A stretch of 64,000 nucleotides of DNA from Acidobacteriota bacterium (GCA_965209055.1 OZ242374.1:4416001-4480000); one strand, 5' to 3'; shown: positions 48,970 through 59,338, numbered from the stretch's first letter. The notes: generated by a model from the letters alone, not told the origin. Translations and numbers: made by a program.

Positions 48970-50190
48970 CTACACCGACGCGACGGTCTCCCGCCGGCAG
49001 ATTCCGGCCAGCAGCCGCATTCCCTCCTGAATGACCCGGGGAGGATCGTACCCGAAACAGAGCCTGGCGCAGTTGTGACCCGAATTTCCCCCGGGCGACA
49101 GGCGTATGCCGGGAAAGATGATAATACCCTCGCGCAGGGCCCGGTCGGCAACCGCCTGCATGTCGACTGCAGGAGCCAAAGTCAGCCAGATGAACAGGCC
49201 GCCCCGGGGACGTCTCCAGGAGGCTTCGATATCCGATCGCTCCCCGAATCCCTCTGCCAAGCCCGCCAGCATGGCGTCCCGCTTGCGCCTGAGAATCCCG
49301 TTGGCGGACCGGATGTGCTCCTCCAGGTGGGTCACGGCATAACGATGGATGGCCAGCGCCCCCAACTGGCTCACCCCCCCTCCACTCTTGATGGCCGAGA
49401 TCCGGTCCAGGAGAGGAGAAGGTCCGGCCAGGTAACCGAGGCGCACGCCCGGTCCGATGATCTTGGAGAAGGAACCGACGTACACCACCACCCCGTCGGT
49501 ATCGAGGGAGGCGATGGCCGGCACCGGCTCCCCCTCAAAACGAAGGTCCACGTAGCAATCGTCTTCCAGGATGGCGATCCCGTGCCGTTGGGCCGTCTCC
49601 AACAGGTGCTGCCGGCGCTCCAGGCTCATGACCCATCCCAGGGGATTCTGGAAAGTCGGAATCGTGTAGATGAGCTTGACCCGCTTCCCTTCGCTGCAAG
49701 CGCTTCGGATCGCTCTCTCCAGCGCATCGGGCAGGAATCCTTCCTGGTCGCAGGCCACCCCGCGGATATCGGCCCCGAATCGCCTCAGAATACCCAGAGT
49801 CCCCGGATAGGTGAACTCTTCGGTCAGGACCACCTCGCCCGGGTTCATCAGCGCTTCGATGATCATGTGATTGGGCTGGCTGGAACCGTCCCCGAGGATG
49901 ATGTCCTGCGGCGAAACCGAAAGACCCCGGTCCCGCGCCAGCTTCTCGGCGACGTACTCCCGCAAGGGTGGATATCCCGAAGGATGGGGGTATTTGGCCA
50001 GATCTCTCCCTTCCTCTTCGAGACCCACTCGAAGGCCTTCCGCCAACTCCGCCAGCGGCAGGGAGCCGGGATCGGGATAGGCCACGCCGAAATCGTAGGT
50101 TGCGGCCGGATGAGCCACCCGCGGCCCCGCCTGGCGGGGTATGGAGCGGGAATAAACGTCGTCCTGGGCGAACAAGCTTGGTTGCGACAT
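48970..50190 (-). CDS. PLP-dependent aminotransferase class I/II (no HTH domain)
   Basis: YTIPTFQNP.G, LEDDCY, GSFSKIIGPGVRLG, GGLFIW; start ATG 50190. Confidence 0.9.
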   Translation of the reverse strand: MSQPSLFAQDDVYSRSIPRQAGPRVAHPAATYDFGVAYPDPGSLPLAELAEGLRVGLEEEGRDLAKYPHPSGYPPLREYVAEKLARDRGLSVSPQDIILGDGSSQPNHMIIEALMNPGEVVLTEEFTYPGTLGILRRFGADIRGVACDQEGFLPDALERAIRSACSEGKRVKLIYTIPTFQNPLGWVMSLERRQHLLETAQRHGIAILEDDCYVDLRFEGEPVPAIASLDTDGVVVYVGSFSKIIGPGVRLGYLAGPSPLLDRISAIKSGGGVSQLGALAIHRYAVTHLEEHIRSANGILRRKRDAMLAGLAEGFGERSDIEASWRRPRGGLFIWLTLAPAVDMQAVADRALREGIIIFPGIRLSPGGNSGHNCARLCFGYDPPRVIQEGMRLLAGICRRETVASV

Positions 50191-50280
50191 GGTTGGATCC
50201 TCCCGGCGCCCGGGCCGAGTCCGCTTGCGGCATCTCCCCGGCTCTGCCATTCTGCCAGACCATCGACGATTGCCGATGAA

Positions 50281-52299
50281 ATGTCCAGCCGAAGGTCGAC
50301 ATTCCTCCCTTCCCTCGCGACCTTGGGCGCCCTCTGCTGCCAGCCGGCTCTCGACTCGGAAATGCCCGGGTCCTCGCCCTATCTGATCTCCGACGAAACC
50401 CCGCAGGGGGCCGCGATCGTCCTGGACCCGGAACGCCGGCCCCGCCGTTTCCGGGAGGCCCCGATGCTGGCCCGCCTGGTGGCCCAGGGCAAGCTGCCGC
50501 CGGTCGAGGAACGGCTGCCGGAGAATCCGCTGGTGCTCCAGCCCATCGAGGCCATCGGCCGGTACGGAGGAACCGTGCAATCCGGAATGATCGCCAAGGG
50601 TCTCAACGAAGAGATGAACCGGATCATGGGTATGGAGAAGTTCCTCTTCTACGACGCGTCCGGGACCCGAATCGTCCCCAGCGTGGCCGAGGACTGGCGC
50701 CAGAGCGAGGATGGCCGCCGCCTCCGGATTCACCTGCGGCGAGGCATGCGCTGGTCCGACGGCCATCCCTTCACCGCGGAGGACGTGCGCTTCTACTGGG
50801 AAGATCTCAACGCCCACCCCGACGTGTTCCCCTTCCCCGATCCGGACCTGGTGGTCAACGGCAAGCAGATGCGGTTCCGGGTCCTGGATCCGCACACGGT
50901 GCTCTTCCGATACGACGACCCGTATCACCGGCTCCTGGAGATCGTGGCCTCCGCCTTCGGCCGGTTCGGGGGAGGCGTCTTCGGAGAGTTCCTCTGGGGG
51001 CCCTACGCGCCGGCGCACTATCTCAAGCAGTTCCATCCCAGCTACGTGTCCCCGGAGGATCTCCGTCGCAAGGTGCGGGAATCACAGCAGGAGGACTGGG
51101 TCGGGCTGATGAAGCTCCGGAACAACTACGCCCTGAACGCCGAACTGCCCGTCCTGATGCCTTGGAGGACCGTACAGGCGCGGGACAGTTCCGCGTGGGT
51201 CCTGGAACGGAACCCTTATTTCTGGGAGGTGGACACGGAAGGCAACCAGCTTCCCTATATCGATCGCTGGGTCCTGACCAAGGCGACGGACCGCGAGGTC
51301 GTCAACCTGCGGGCCATCGCCGGCGAGTACGACTTTCAGTACCGGGATCTGGACCTTCAGAATCTGCCCGTCTTTCTGGAGCATGCCGGGGAGGAGAACT
51401 ACAACATCCATCTCGACCCCTCCTCCTCAAGGATGCTCTTCGGCTGCTACTTCAACCTGGGGTGGGAGGGAGACCCCGAGATCTCCAGGTTGCTTCGGAA
51501 CGCCGACTTCCGGCGCGCGCTCTCCCTGGGTCTCCGCCGATCCCAGTTCAGTGACGCCTTCTACTTCTCCTTGGCCCGCCCCGGCGCGGCCGGGCCCAAC
51601 TCGGCGCATCCCGAACACCCGGGCGAGAGCTACCTGACCCTCTGGTCCGCCTACGACCCGGACCGGGCCAATGCCATGCTGGACGGCCTGGGACTGGAGG
51701 AACGGGACAGCGAAGGATACCGGATGCGTAGCGACGGCCGCGGCCGATTGCGAATCCGGATTCCGGCGCCCTCCGATCGCCTGGTGATCCCCAAGTTCCA
51801 GATGTTGGAACAGCAGCTCGAAGAACTGGGCATCGCCGTGGACGTTCCCATCCTGGGACGGACCCTCTGGTGGGAGGAGATGCGGGCCAACCGCACCCAG
51901 ATCACCTGTTGGACCAATCCCACCCAGTCCGTCTGGGGGAGCCAGCCCATGTATGTCCTTCCCGTCGACCGGATTTCCCCCATCGGCCCTCTTTTCGGCC
52001 TCTGGTTTTCCAGCAACGGACGACTGGGGAAACGACCCGCCGACCCGCAGATTCTCCGGGCCCAGGATCTCTATCGGTTCGGCCGAACCCAACCTGACGT
52101 GGAAAGGACCCGGATCGGACGGGAGATCTGGGGGACCGCCATTCGTGAGCAGTGGATGATGAGCACCGTTGGCGGGGCTCCCGGCAGGGTGCGCCTCGTC
52201 CACCGGCGGCTGGGCAACGTCCCGGCCCGGCTCTGTACCCGGGACGATTGCCGCTACCCGTCCACGGGCCGCCTGGAGACCCTGTATTGGAAGGAGTAG
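50281..52299 (+). CDS. ABC transporter substrate-binding protein, family 5 (Dpp/Opp)
   Basis: Possible lipobox LGALC, EAPML...LPPVEERLP.NP, WSDG.PFTA.D, RNPYFW.VD..GNQLPYID. Confidence 0.9.
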   Translation: MSSRRSTFLPSLATLGALCCQPALDSEMPGSSPYLISDETPQGAAIVLDPERRPRRFREAPMLARLVAQGKLPPVEERLPENPLVLQPIEAIGRYGGTVQSGMIAKGLNEEMNRIMGMEKFLFYDASGTRIVPSVAEDWRQSEDGRRLRIHLRRGMRWSDGHPFTAEDVRFYWEDLNAHPDVFPFPDPDLVVNGKQMRFRVLDPHTVLFRYDDPYHRLLEIVASAFGRFGGGVFGEFLWGPYAPAHYLKQFHPSYVSPEDLRRKVRESQQEDWVGLMKLRNNYALNAELPVLMPWRTVQARDSSAWVLERNPYFWEVDTEGNQLPYIDRWVLTKATDREVVNLRAIAGEYDFQYRDLDLQNLPVFLEHAGEENYNIHLDPSSSRMLFGCYFNLGWEGDPEISRLLRNADFRRALSLGLRRSQFSDAFYFSLARPGAAGPNSAHPEHPGESYLTLWSAYDPDRANAMLDGLGLEERDSEGYRMRSDGRGRLRIRIPAPSDRLVIPKFQMLEQQLEELGIAVDVPILGRTLWWEEMRANRTQITCWTNPTQSVWGSQPMYVLPVDRISPIGPLFGLWFSSNGRLGKRPADPQILRAQDLYRFGRTQPDVERTRIGREIWGTAIREQWMMSTVGGAPGRVRLVHRRLGNVPARLCTRDDCRYPSTGRLETLYWKE

Positions 52300-52384
52300 T
52301 CATGCGTCCGGGAGCGGTCAACGCGTCTCATCCGGATCGTCTGCAAACCCCGTCCGGCGCCGCCCTCCGGCAGGCCGGCACCAG

Positions 52385-53386
52385 ATGACCGATATGGCTG
52401 CCTATCTGCGCCACCGCCTGCTCCAGGCGGCCCTCACGATCTGGGCCATCAGCATCATCTCATTCGTACTCATCGAGCTCCCGCCGGGGGATTTCGTCAC
52501 GGCCTACGTGGATCGCCGGGCCTCCCAGGGGATTCCCCTGCCCCCGGATGAGGTCCGGGTTCTGAGGGTCCGCTACGGCTTGGACCAACCGGCGGCGCAG
52601 CGCTATCTGATCTGGATGGGGCGGTTGCTCCGGGGCGATCTGGGCGTCTCCTGGATTCGGGGACAGCCGGTCTCGGAGATCATCTCCGATCGTCTCTGGC
52701 TCACCATGGCCGTGTCGCTGGCCGCCATCCTGTTCACCTGGGCGGTGGCTCTGCCGGTGGGAGTCTACTCGGCCATCCGCCAATACTCGGCGGGAGACTA
52801 CCTGTTCACCCTCCTCTGCTTCGCCGGCGTCGGGGTGCCCAACTTCCTGCTCGGCCTCCTGGTCATGTACCTGGGATTCGCCTGGTTCGATGCGGACGTG
52901 GGCGGGCTGCTCTCGGCCCAATACGTGGACGCTCCCTGGGACGCGGCCAAGCTCTGGGACCTGGTCAAACATCTGCCGCTGCCGGCCCTGGTCCTGGGAA
53001 TGGGGGGCACGGCCTACATGATTCGGATCCTGCGGGCCAATTTGCTGGATGAACTCTCCAAGCCGTACGTGCTCACGGCCAGGGCCAAGGGACTCTCCGA
53101 GATCCGGCTCCTCCTCAGATATCCCCTGCGCGTGGCCCTGAATCCGTTCGTCAGCACGGCCGGCTACCTGCTTCCCTACCTGGTGTCGGGCAGCATCATC
53201 GTCTCCATGGTCATGAGCCTTCCCACCGTGGCGCCGGTCCTGCTGTCGGCCCTCATGGACCAGGACCTCTATCTGGCCGGCACCCTGGTGCTCCTGCTGG
53301 GCGCCCTCACCGTGGCGGGAACCCTGATCTCCGATTTGCTCCTGCTCTGGATCGACCCCAGGATCCGGTTCCGGGGGAGGTCATGA
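52385..53386 (+). CDS. ABC transporter permease (DppB-like)
   Basis: LPPGD, GDLG.S, EAA loop TARAKGL, DPRIR. Confidence 0.92.
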   Translation: MTDMAAYLRHRLLQAALTIWAISIISFVLIELPPGDFVTAYVDRRASQGIPLPPDEVRVLRVRYGLDQPAAQRYLIWMGRLLRGDLGVSWIRGQPVSEIISDRLWLTMAVSLAAILFTWAVALPVGVYSAIRQYSAGDYLFTLLCFAGVGVPNFLLGLLVMYLGFAWFDADVGGLLSAQYVDAPWDAAKLWDLVKHLPLPALVLGMGGTAYMIRILRANLLDELSKPYVLTARAKGLSEIRLLLRYPLRVALNPFVSTAGYLLPYLVSGSIIVSMVMSLPTVAPVLLSALMDQDLYLAGTLVLLLGALTVAGTLISDLLLLWIDPRIRFRGRS

Positions 53387-54495
53387 ATCGGGAGCCGGAG
53401 GAGTTCGGGGCCCAACTCGAAACCGCGTCCGCCTGGCAACTGACCTGGAGACGGTTCCGCCGTCACAAGCTGGGCGTGGTCGCCCTGATCTTCCTGGGAT
53501 TCCTGTACCTGGTGGTCCTCCTGGCCGACTTCCTGGCCACCGCCGATCCGAACCGAATCGACGCCGGCCGGGCCTACCGTCCTCCCCAGCCCATCCACCT
53601 CCGGGACGAAGGCGGATTCAACCCCCATGTCCACGCGGTGTCCGGGGAGTGGGACCACCGCATTTTTCGAAGGCTCCACCGCACCGATCCGGAACGGAGG
53701 TATCCAGTCCGGCTTCTGGTCAGAGGTTACGAGTACGAGTTTCTGGGACTGTTTCCCACCGATCTGCACCTCATGGGCGTGGAAGGTGACGCCCACGCCC
53801 TCTCGATACTGGGCACGGACGGACTGGGACGCGATCTCTACTCCCGCCTGGTCCACGGCACCCGGACCTCCCTGACCATCGGCCTTGTGGGGGTCGTCCT
53901 GAGCCTGGTTCTGGGAGTCGTGCTGGGGGGGATCTCCGGGTTCTACGGAGGAACGGTCGACACGGTCATTCAGCGGATCATCGAGATCCTGCTCTCCATC
54001 CCAACCATTCCCCTGTGGCTGGGACTGGCCGCCGCCATGCCCCGGGATTGGGGCGTGCTTCGAGTCTATTTCATCCTGACCATGATCCTGTCCCTCATCG
54101 GATGGACCCGCCTGGGCCGGGAAGTTCGCGGCCGATTCCTGGTCCTGCGCCGGGAAGACTACGTCCTGGCCGCCGAACTGATGGGCGCCGGCCGCGCCTC
54201 CATCATCGGGCGCCACCTGGTGCCCGCCATCGCCAGCCACGTCATCGCCACCGCCACCCTGGCCCTTCCGGCCATGATCATCGCCGAAACCTCGCTGAGC
54301 TTCCTGGGACTGGGACTGCGTCCGCCGGCCATCAGTTGGGGAATTCTGCTTCAGGGAGCCCAACAGGTGCAGGTCCTGGCGCTGAGACCCTGGCTGCTGG
54401 CTCCCGCAGTTCCCGTCGTCGCAGCCATTCTGGCCTTCAACTTCGCGGGCGACGGCCTGCGTGACGCCGCGGATCCCTACGCGAGGAGAACGTGA
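53383..54495 (+). CDS. ABC transporter permease (DppC-like)
   Basis: LGTDGLGRD, ETSLSFLGLG, SWG, GDGLRDAADP. Confidence 0.92.
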   Translation: MNREPEEFGAQLETASAWQLTWRRFRRHKLGVVALIFLGFLYLVVLLADFLATADPNRIDAGRAYRPPQPIHLRDEGGFNPHVHAVSGEWDHRIFRRLHRTDPERRYPVRLLVRGYEYEFLGLFPTDLHLMGVEGDAHALSILGTDGLGRDLYSRLVHGTRTSLTIGLVGVVLSLVLGVVLGGISGFYGGTVDTVIQRIIEILLSIPTIPLWLGLAAAMPRDWGVLRVYFILTMILSLIGWTRLGREVRGRFLVLRREDYVLAAELMGAGRASIIGRHLVPAIASHVIATATLALPAMIIAETSLSFLGLGLRPPAISWGILLQGAQQVQVLALRPWLLAPAVPVVAAILAFNFAGDGLRDAADPYARRT

Positions 54496-55589
54496 CGCCC
54501 ATGTCTGAGGACTGGATCCTCTCGGTCAAGGACCTGAAGACCCACTTCTTTACCCGGGAAGGGGTCGTCCGTGCTGTGGACGGCGTCGGATTCGACCTGG
54601 CCCCCGGGCAGGTGTTGGGCATCGTGGGGGAAAGCGGCTGCGGCAAGAGCGTCACGGCCCTGTCCATCCTGGGCATCGTGGACCATCCGGGACGCATCGT
54701 GGAAGGCCGAATCCTGCTCCGTCCGGTCGAGGGGGGTCGTCCCGCGGATCTGGCAAGATTGCACCCCAGGGGACGCCGGATCCGATCGATCCGGGGCGGG
54801 GAGATCGCTCTCATCTTCCAGGAACCCATGACCTCGCTGAGTCCGGTGCACACCATCGGCCAGCAGATCTCGGAGACCATTCGGCTGCACCACCGGGTGG
54901 ACCGGCGGCGGTCCCGGGAACAGGCGGTGGAGATCCTGCGCTCGGTGGGCATGCCCGATCCCGAGGAGGGGACGAAGCTGTATCCCTTCCAGCTCAGCGG
55001 CGGACTGCGCCAGCGAGCCCTGATCGCCCAAGCCCTGGCGGGCGAACCCCGGGTCCTCATCGCCGACGAACCCACCACGGCCCTGGATGTGACCACTCAG
55101 GCCCAGATCCTGGACTTGCTGCGGGATCTCCAGAAGAAGAGAGGGATGGCCATCGTTCTCATCACCCACGACCTTGGGGTGATTGCGGAGATGGCCGACG
55201 AGGTCCTTGTGATGTACCTGGGAAAAGGGGTGGAGAGAGCACCCGTCGATAGCATCTTCCACTCGCCCGGACATCCTTATACCCGCGCCCTACTGAACTC
55301 CATGCCCGGTCTGGGCGCCGCCGCGAAGCAGGCGCTTCCCAGCATCTCCGGTGCCGTGCCGCCCGCTTTCCGGCGGCCCGCCGGGTGTTCGTTCCACCCT
55401 CGCTGCCCGGAATTCCTGGACGGGACCTGCAATCGAAGGGAACCGCAACCGGTGATGGTGAGCCCGGACCAAGAGGTGTTGTGCTTGCTCCGTGAGCCGG
55501 AAAAGCCGTCCCAAACGCGGCAAGATCGTCCGAAAACGGACACTTCGTCCCGAAAACGGACACTTCGACCCGATCGAAAAGGAGAGTAG
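54492..55589 (+). CDS. ABC transporter ATP-binding protein (DppD-like)
   Basis: GESGCGKS, LSGGLRQR, ADEPTTALD, GC.FHPRC. Confidence 0.93.
   Translation: MTPMSEDWILSVKDLKTHFFTREGVVRAVDGVGFDLAPGQVLGIVGESGCGKSVTALSILGIVDHPGRIVEGRILLRPVEGGRPADLARLHPRGRRIRSIRGGEIALIFQEPMTSLSPVHTIGQQISETIRLHHRVDRRRSREQAVEILRSVGMPDPEEGTKLYPFQLSGGLRQRALIAQALAGEPRVLIADEPTTALDVTTQAQILDLLRDLQKKRGMAIVLITHDLGVIAEMADEVLVMYLGKGVERAPVDSIFHSPGHPYTRALLNSMPGLGAAAKQALPSISGAVPPAFRRPAGCSFHPRCPEFLDGTCNRREPQPVMVSPDQEVLCLLREPEKPSQTRQDRPKTDTSSRKRTLRPDRKGE
55531..55570 (+). repeat. 20-bp tandem repeat in the 3' end of the DppD-like gene
   Basis: CGAAAACGGACACTTCG(T/A)CC x2. Confidence 0.8.
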
Positions 55590-55592
55590 AGA

Positions 55593-56624
55593 TTGAGACC
55601 CGGGATCCTCCTCGACGTCAGGAACCTGACCAAGCACTTCCCGGTCCGTTCCGGGCCCTTCCAGCGGCCGGACGGCACGGTTCAGGCCGTCACCGATGTC
55701 AGTTTCCAACTGAGCGAGGGGGAATCGCTGTCGCTGGTGGGAGAGTCCGGCTGCGGCAAGACCACGCTGGCCCGGACTCTCCTCCGGGGATACGAGGCGA
55801 CCGCCGGATCGGCCCGGTTCCGAACCGAAGAGGATCAAGTCGTCGATCTGCTGAAGCTGCCCCGCCGCCGGCTCAAACCCTTGCGGCGGCAACTGCAGAT
55901 GATCTTCCAGGACCCCTACTCCTCCCTGAATCCCAGGATGACGGTTCAGCAGATCATCGGCGAACCATTGTGCATTCACGCCGGAGAGCTGGGAATCCCC
56001 ACCCGGGCGGCCCGACGGGAACGGGTCCGCGAGCTGTTGTTGCAGGTGGGGCTGCGGCCCGAGGCGGCCCGGCGCTACCCCCACGCCTTCAGCGGAGGGG
56101 AGAGGCAGCGGATCGGCATCGCGCGAACTCTGGCCACCCGGCCCCGGTTGGTGGTGGCGGACGAACCGGTCTCGGCCCTGGACGTCTCCGTCCAGGCCCA
56201 GATCCTCAACCTGATGTTGGAACTGCAAAACCGGTACCGGATCGGCACGCTGCTCCTCACTCACAACCTGATGGTGGTCCGTCACGTCAGCGACCGGGTC
56301 GCCGTCATGTACCTGGGGAGGATCATGGAGACGGCGCCCACCGGGACTCTCTTCACGAGTCCCGGACACCCATATACGGCGGCCCTTCTCGATGCGATCC
56401 CCCGGCCCGATCCCCGGGTCCGGAACCGGTCCAGGATCAAACTGAGCGGCGAAGTTCCCAGCCCCCGGAACCCACCCTCCGGATGCCCCTTCCATCCCCG
56501 CTGCGTCCACGCCCGGGATCGATGCGGCAACGACCTGCCGGAGTTGGAGCAAATCGCCCCCGGGCACCAGGTCCGATGCCACCTCTGGCGGGAGTTGGAC
56601 TTGAATGGAGCGACGAATTGCTGA
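55593..56624 (+). CDS. ABC transporter ATP-binding protein (DppF-like)
   Basis: GESGCGKT, FSGGERQR, ADEPVSALD, GCPFHPRC; TTG start with AAGGAG RBS. Confidence 0.93.
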   Translation: MRPGILLDVRNLTKHFPVRSGPFQRPDGTVQAVTDVSFQLSEGESLSLVGESGCGKTTLARTLLRGYEATAGSARFRTEEDQVVDLLKLPRRRLKPLRRQLQMIFQDPYSSLNPRMTVQQIIGEPLCIHAGELGIPTRAARRERVRELLLQVGLRPEAARRYPHAFSGGERQRIGIARTLATRPRLVVADEPVSALDVSVQAQILNLMLELQNRYRIGTLLLTHNLMVVRHVSDRVAVMYLGRIMETAPTGTLFTSPGHPYTAALLDAIPRPDPRVRNRSRIKLSGEVPSPRNPPSGCPFHPRCVHARDRCGNDLPELEQIAPGHQVRCHLWRELDLNGATNC

Positions 56625-56752
56625 TCGTCATGGAGCGGCGGATTCCAGCCGCCGAACTTCAATGGAGCAATACCCAGAGAGGGAACCGGCGATGGACCCA
56701 CTTTCCAACCTGAGATTTGGAGCTTGAGATTTGGAGAGCCCAGGAAACTTTA

Positions 56753-56829
<77 letters not shown>

Positions 56830-56908
56830 ACCCGACAGACAGACGGAGTGTAGCAGAACCACCCTGGATATGAGAGCGAAACGGCCACGAAAGCAGGAGA
56901 ATCGGAGA

Positions 56909-56983
56909 CGTCCCCAACGGGATTTGAACCCGTGTTGCCGCCTTGAAAGGGCGGTGTCCTAGGCCAGGCTAGACGATGGGGAC
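56909..56983 (-). tRNA. tRNA-Glu(TTC), CCA not encoded
   Basis: GTCCCCATCGTCTAGCCTGGCCTAGGACACCGCCCTTTCAAGGCGGCAACACGGGTTCAAATCCCGTTGGGGACG. Confidence 0.96.
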
Positions 56984-57001
56984 GTCAGATATGAAGCGCG
57001 C

Positions 57002-57031
57002 ATTCTAGCAGCCGCTCCCGACGGCTGTCCA
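57002..57031 (-). promoter_or_regulatory. putative tRNA promoter
   Basis: Minus strand TGGACA-N18-TAGAAT with extended TG and a GC-rich discriminator (GCGCGC). Confidence 0.55.
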
Positions 57032-57170
57032 CCGGCCGGTCAGACCGGCCAGCCAGATCGTACGTGCTGAGAAAACCGGAACAAAACCTTGAGGTTGTCC
57101 TCTAGCCGGACCATGGGTGTGGCAAAAAAATTCCGCAATTTCCCCTTTGAGCGAACGTGTGAGTCACGAC

Positions 57171-57863
57171 ATGCACCATCGTTGGAAGCCGATAGAAGAC
57201 TATGAAACCCACGCGGATCTGGCTACAGCCGAACTCGGTGCATTGGCCCAAGTCAGGCGCGAGCAATTCGAGCGGCTGCGCAGTCAGGACTCATACCGCC
57301 GGTTCGAAGCACGATAGAAGCGCGAATGGGCCATCGAGACCGGGTTGATCGAGCGCCTTTACACGCTCGACCGCGGCATCACCCAAGTGCTCATCGAACG
57401 TGGGATCCACGCGGCATTGATTCCGCACGAAAGCGGGGCCAATCCTGACGCCATTGCGGCGATGATCAGAGATCACGAGGCAGCAATCGATGGCGTATTC
57501 GACTTCGTGAAGGGCACCCGCCCACGGTCCACAAGCTACATCAAGGAGCTGCACGCCCTGATGACTCGGCATCAGGCAACCGTGGATGGCATCGACTCCC
57601 TGGGCAGAAAGACATCGGTTCCGCTCATTCGCGGCGCCTGCGAGCGCCTGCCCAACAATCCGTTGCGGCCGGACGGCACGATCCATGTGTACTGCCCTCC
57701 GGAACAGGTCGATTCGGAAATCGGGCCGGTCACGGCCGTGACGGACAGCGTCTTCCTGATCAACTACAAGGAACGTCCAGATGAGGCCGCGGCCCGGTTC
57801 TCTACCTGGCTGGAAGACGCTATCGTACGCAGTCTAAAGCTGTGGCAGGAGACAGCACCGTAG
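57171..57863 (+). pseudogene. Fic-family protein pseudogene
   Basis: In-frame TAG at 57315-57317 splits ...FEAR*KREWAIETGLIERLY; IKELHAL, PNNP and YCPPEQV are Fic-like, but the HPFxDGNGR motif is absent (internal deletion inferred). Confidence 0.72.
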
Positions 57864-57912
57864 CGCCGGCGAGCCGTCGGCGATCACCGCCTGTGTCCGC
57901 CGTCATTGGGCG

Positions 57913-58095
57913 TCACTCCATTTGCTTGTCGACCAGCGGCGCGCCGCATTGGCGGCAATGCCACCGGCGCCGGGCGTTGAGAATGCCGCACTCCGGGCAG
58001 CGCCGGTACATGACGCGGGCGAACAGTTGAGTCAGAAGCGCGCACCCGACCAGGATCCCCACCACCACCAACACGCTCAGAATCGTCGCGGCCAT
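57913..58095 (-). CDS. small membrane protein with zinc ribbon
   Basis: TM helix then CPECG-x9-CRQCG; ATG 5 nt after the upstream stop. Confidence 0.7.
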   Translation of the reverse strand: MAATILSVLVVVGILVGCALLTQLFARVMYRRCPECGILNARRRWHCRQCGAPLVDKQME

Positions 58096-58100
58096 GGCGG

Positions 58101-59111
58101 TTACCGGAAGGAAGAGGCCGCCCGTGCCGCGGCGGAATCGGAACAACAGAAGCTGGCGGAGTGAATCGAAGGAAACGGACTGTCCCATCCCGCCCGCGAA
58201 AAGCAGTCTTGAGCCTGCTCCCGCAGCCACCGGGTGACGTTCGGATGAGGGAGCAGCCCCATTCTGTCGGCGCTGTAGTCCAATCCCTCCAAAACCTCAT
58301 CGTAGGGTCCGAATCCGAATACCCGGAACGGGACGACCAATACCCTTCCCTGCCGGCTCTGTTTCGACACGAAACCCCGGATCCGCTCCTCGGCCACCCT
58401 GCGCTTGTCTTCCCAGTCTTCTCTCAGGGTCTCGACGCGAATCTCCCGAAACGTGCCCAGGGCCTTCAGTCCCTGGGTCAGGCTCTCCATCCGGTCCTTC
58501 CAGTACCGGTCACGGGCATCGGACCCGACACCGTGTCCGATGACGAGCACCGATTCGGCCGCCGGAGATTCGCTCAATGCCCGGACGCGGTCCAACAGCA
58601 CATCCCCGGTGAGACGGGAGTCCAGCAGGCCCGCTGCGCTCAAGATGACTTGGGACTCCAGCTCGAGGGGAGGCGGAATCTCCGATCCCCTCAACAGCCG
58701 GACCGCATCGCGGATCATCATATTGGGATGGTGATGATGATCATGGTGCAGAAAAAAGGGGGGCGGCTGATCGCTCACACCCAGCAGATACTCAGTCTGC
58801 GACAGAAAGGACCGGCCGTCCATGAAGAGCCGGACTACGGCGATCTTCCGAACACCTTGCTCTTCAAGCTGCAGGATGCCCTCCCGCAAGGGCTCCCGTT
58901 GCGCCATTCCATAGGCCACCACCACCGGACAGGCCTTCTCCAGCGGCGCCACGGCCTCCTTGACGGCCCGGTTCCACTGCTCGTCGCCGCCGTGAGCCAT
59001 GATCAGCAGGCCGGAGTCACGGGCGCCGCCTGCCGGACCCTGCGACCAGACGGCACCAACTCCCATCAGCAGAACGCCAATCCACACCCATCGCCTCATG
59101 GCCACACCCAT
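58101..59111 (-). CDS. exported CbiX/SirB-like chelatase-fold protein with His-rich insert
   Basis: Signal peptide, MAHGG, VVRLF, HHDHHHH, GHG, LREDW, GLLPHPNV; start 59111 or 59099. Confidence 0.78.
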   Translation of the reverse strand: MGVAMRRWVWIGVLLMGVGAVWSQGPAGGARDSGLLIMAHGGDEQWNRAVKEAVAPLEKACPVVVAYGMAQREPLREGILQLEEQGVRKIAVVRLFMDGRSFLSQTEYLLGVSDQPPPFFLHHDHHHHPNMMIRDAVRLLRGSEIPPPLELESQVILSAAGLLDSRLTGDVLLDRVRALSESPAAESVLVIGHGVGSDARDRYWKDRMESLTQGLKALGTFREIRVETLREDWEDKRRVAEERIRGFVSKQSRQGRVLVVPFRVFGFGPYDEVLEGLDYSADRMGLLPHPNVTRWLREQAQDCFSRAGWDSPFPSIHSASFCCSDSAAARAASSFR

Positions 59112-59272
59112 CGTCCGCTCGAACTCCCTGCCGGTTGCGTTTCCGACCGGCAGCGCACTCTTCGAACCGTTTCGATTCCTGTTTTTCGCCGGGGCGCCAT
59201 GATGGAACAGAACCCGTCCGAGATCAACACTCGTGTACGTATTGGGGCACGATCTGCCGACCGCTGACTTCA

Positions 59273-59302
59273 TTGCCTGATATCAGGCTTCCTTGCTATA
59301 GT
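59273..59302 (+). promoter_or_regulatory. ferredoxin promoter overlapped by a 14-bp palindrome
   Basis: TTGCCT-N18-TATAGT with extended TG; GCCTGATATCAGGC at 59275-59288. Confidence 0.55.
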
Positions 59303-59338
59303 GGCGCCCTCAACGGGTCCAGCAGAAGGAGCACGAGA

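Noticed and set aside
49075-50280. N-terminal extensions in the ORF track (1074-aa SBP, 688-aa aminotransferase, 629-aa methyltransferase, 543-aa peroxidase)
   Set aside because: The extensions overlap real neighbouring genes; internal starts match the expected family N-termini.
55531-55570. CRISPR-like repeat
   Set aside because: Only two adjacent units, no spacers and no cas genes.
56631-56736. REP-like hairpin (GGAG-CGGCGG...CCGCCG) and TGAGATTTGGAG x2 next to the tRNA-Arg 3' end as an island boundary
   Set aside because: Single occurrences; no duplicated tRNA 3' end, integrase or RAYT transposase seen in the window.
57315-57317. Amber readthrough (pyrrolysine) in the Fic gene, and at 48372-48374
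   Set aside because: No pyl genes in the window, many genes here end in TAG, and the Fic gene also lacks its active site, which indicates decay.
59112-59338. Cobalamin riboswitch upstream of the CbiX-like gene
   Set aside because: B12-box consensus elements were not found on the minus strand.
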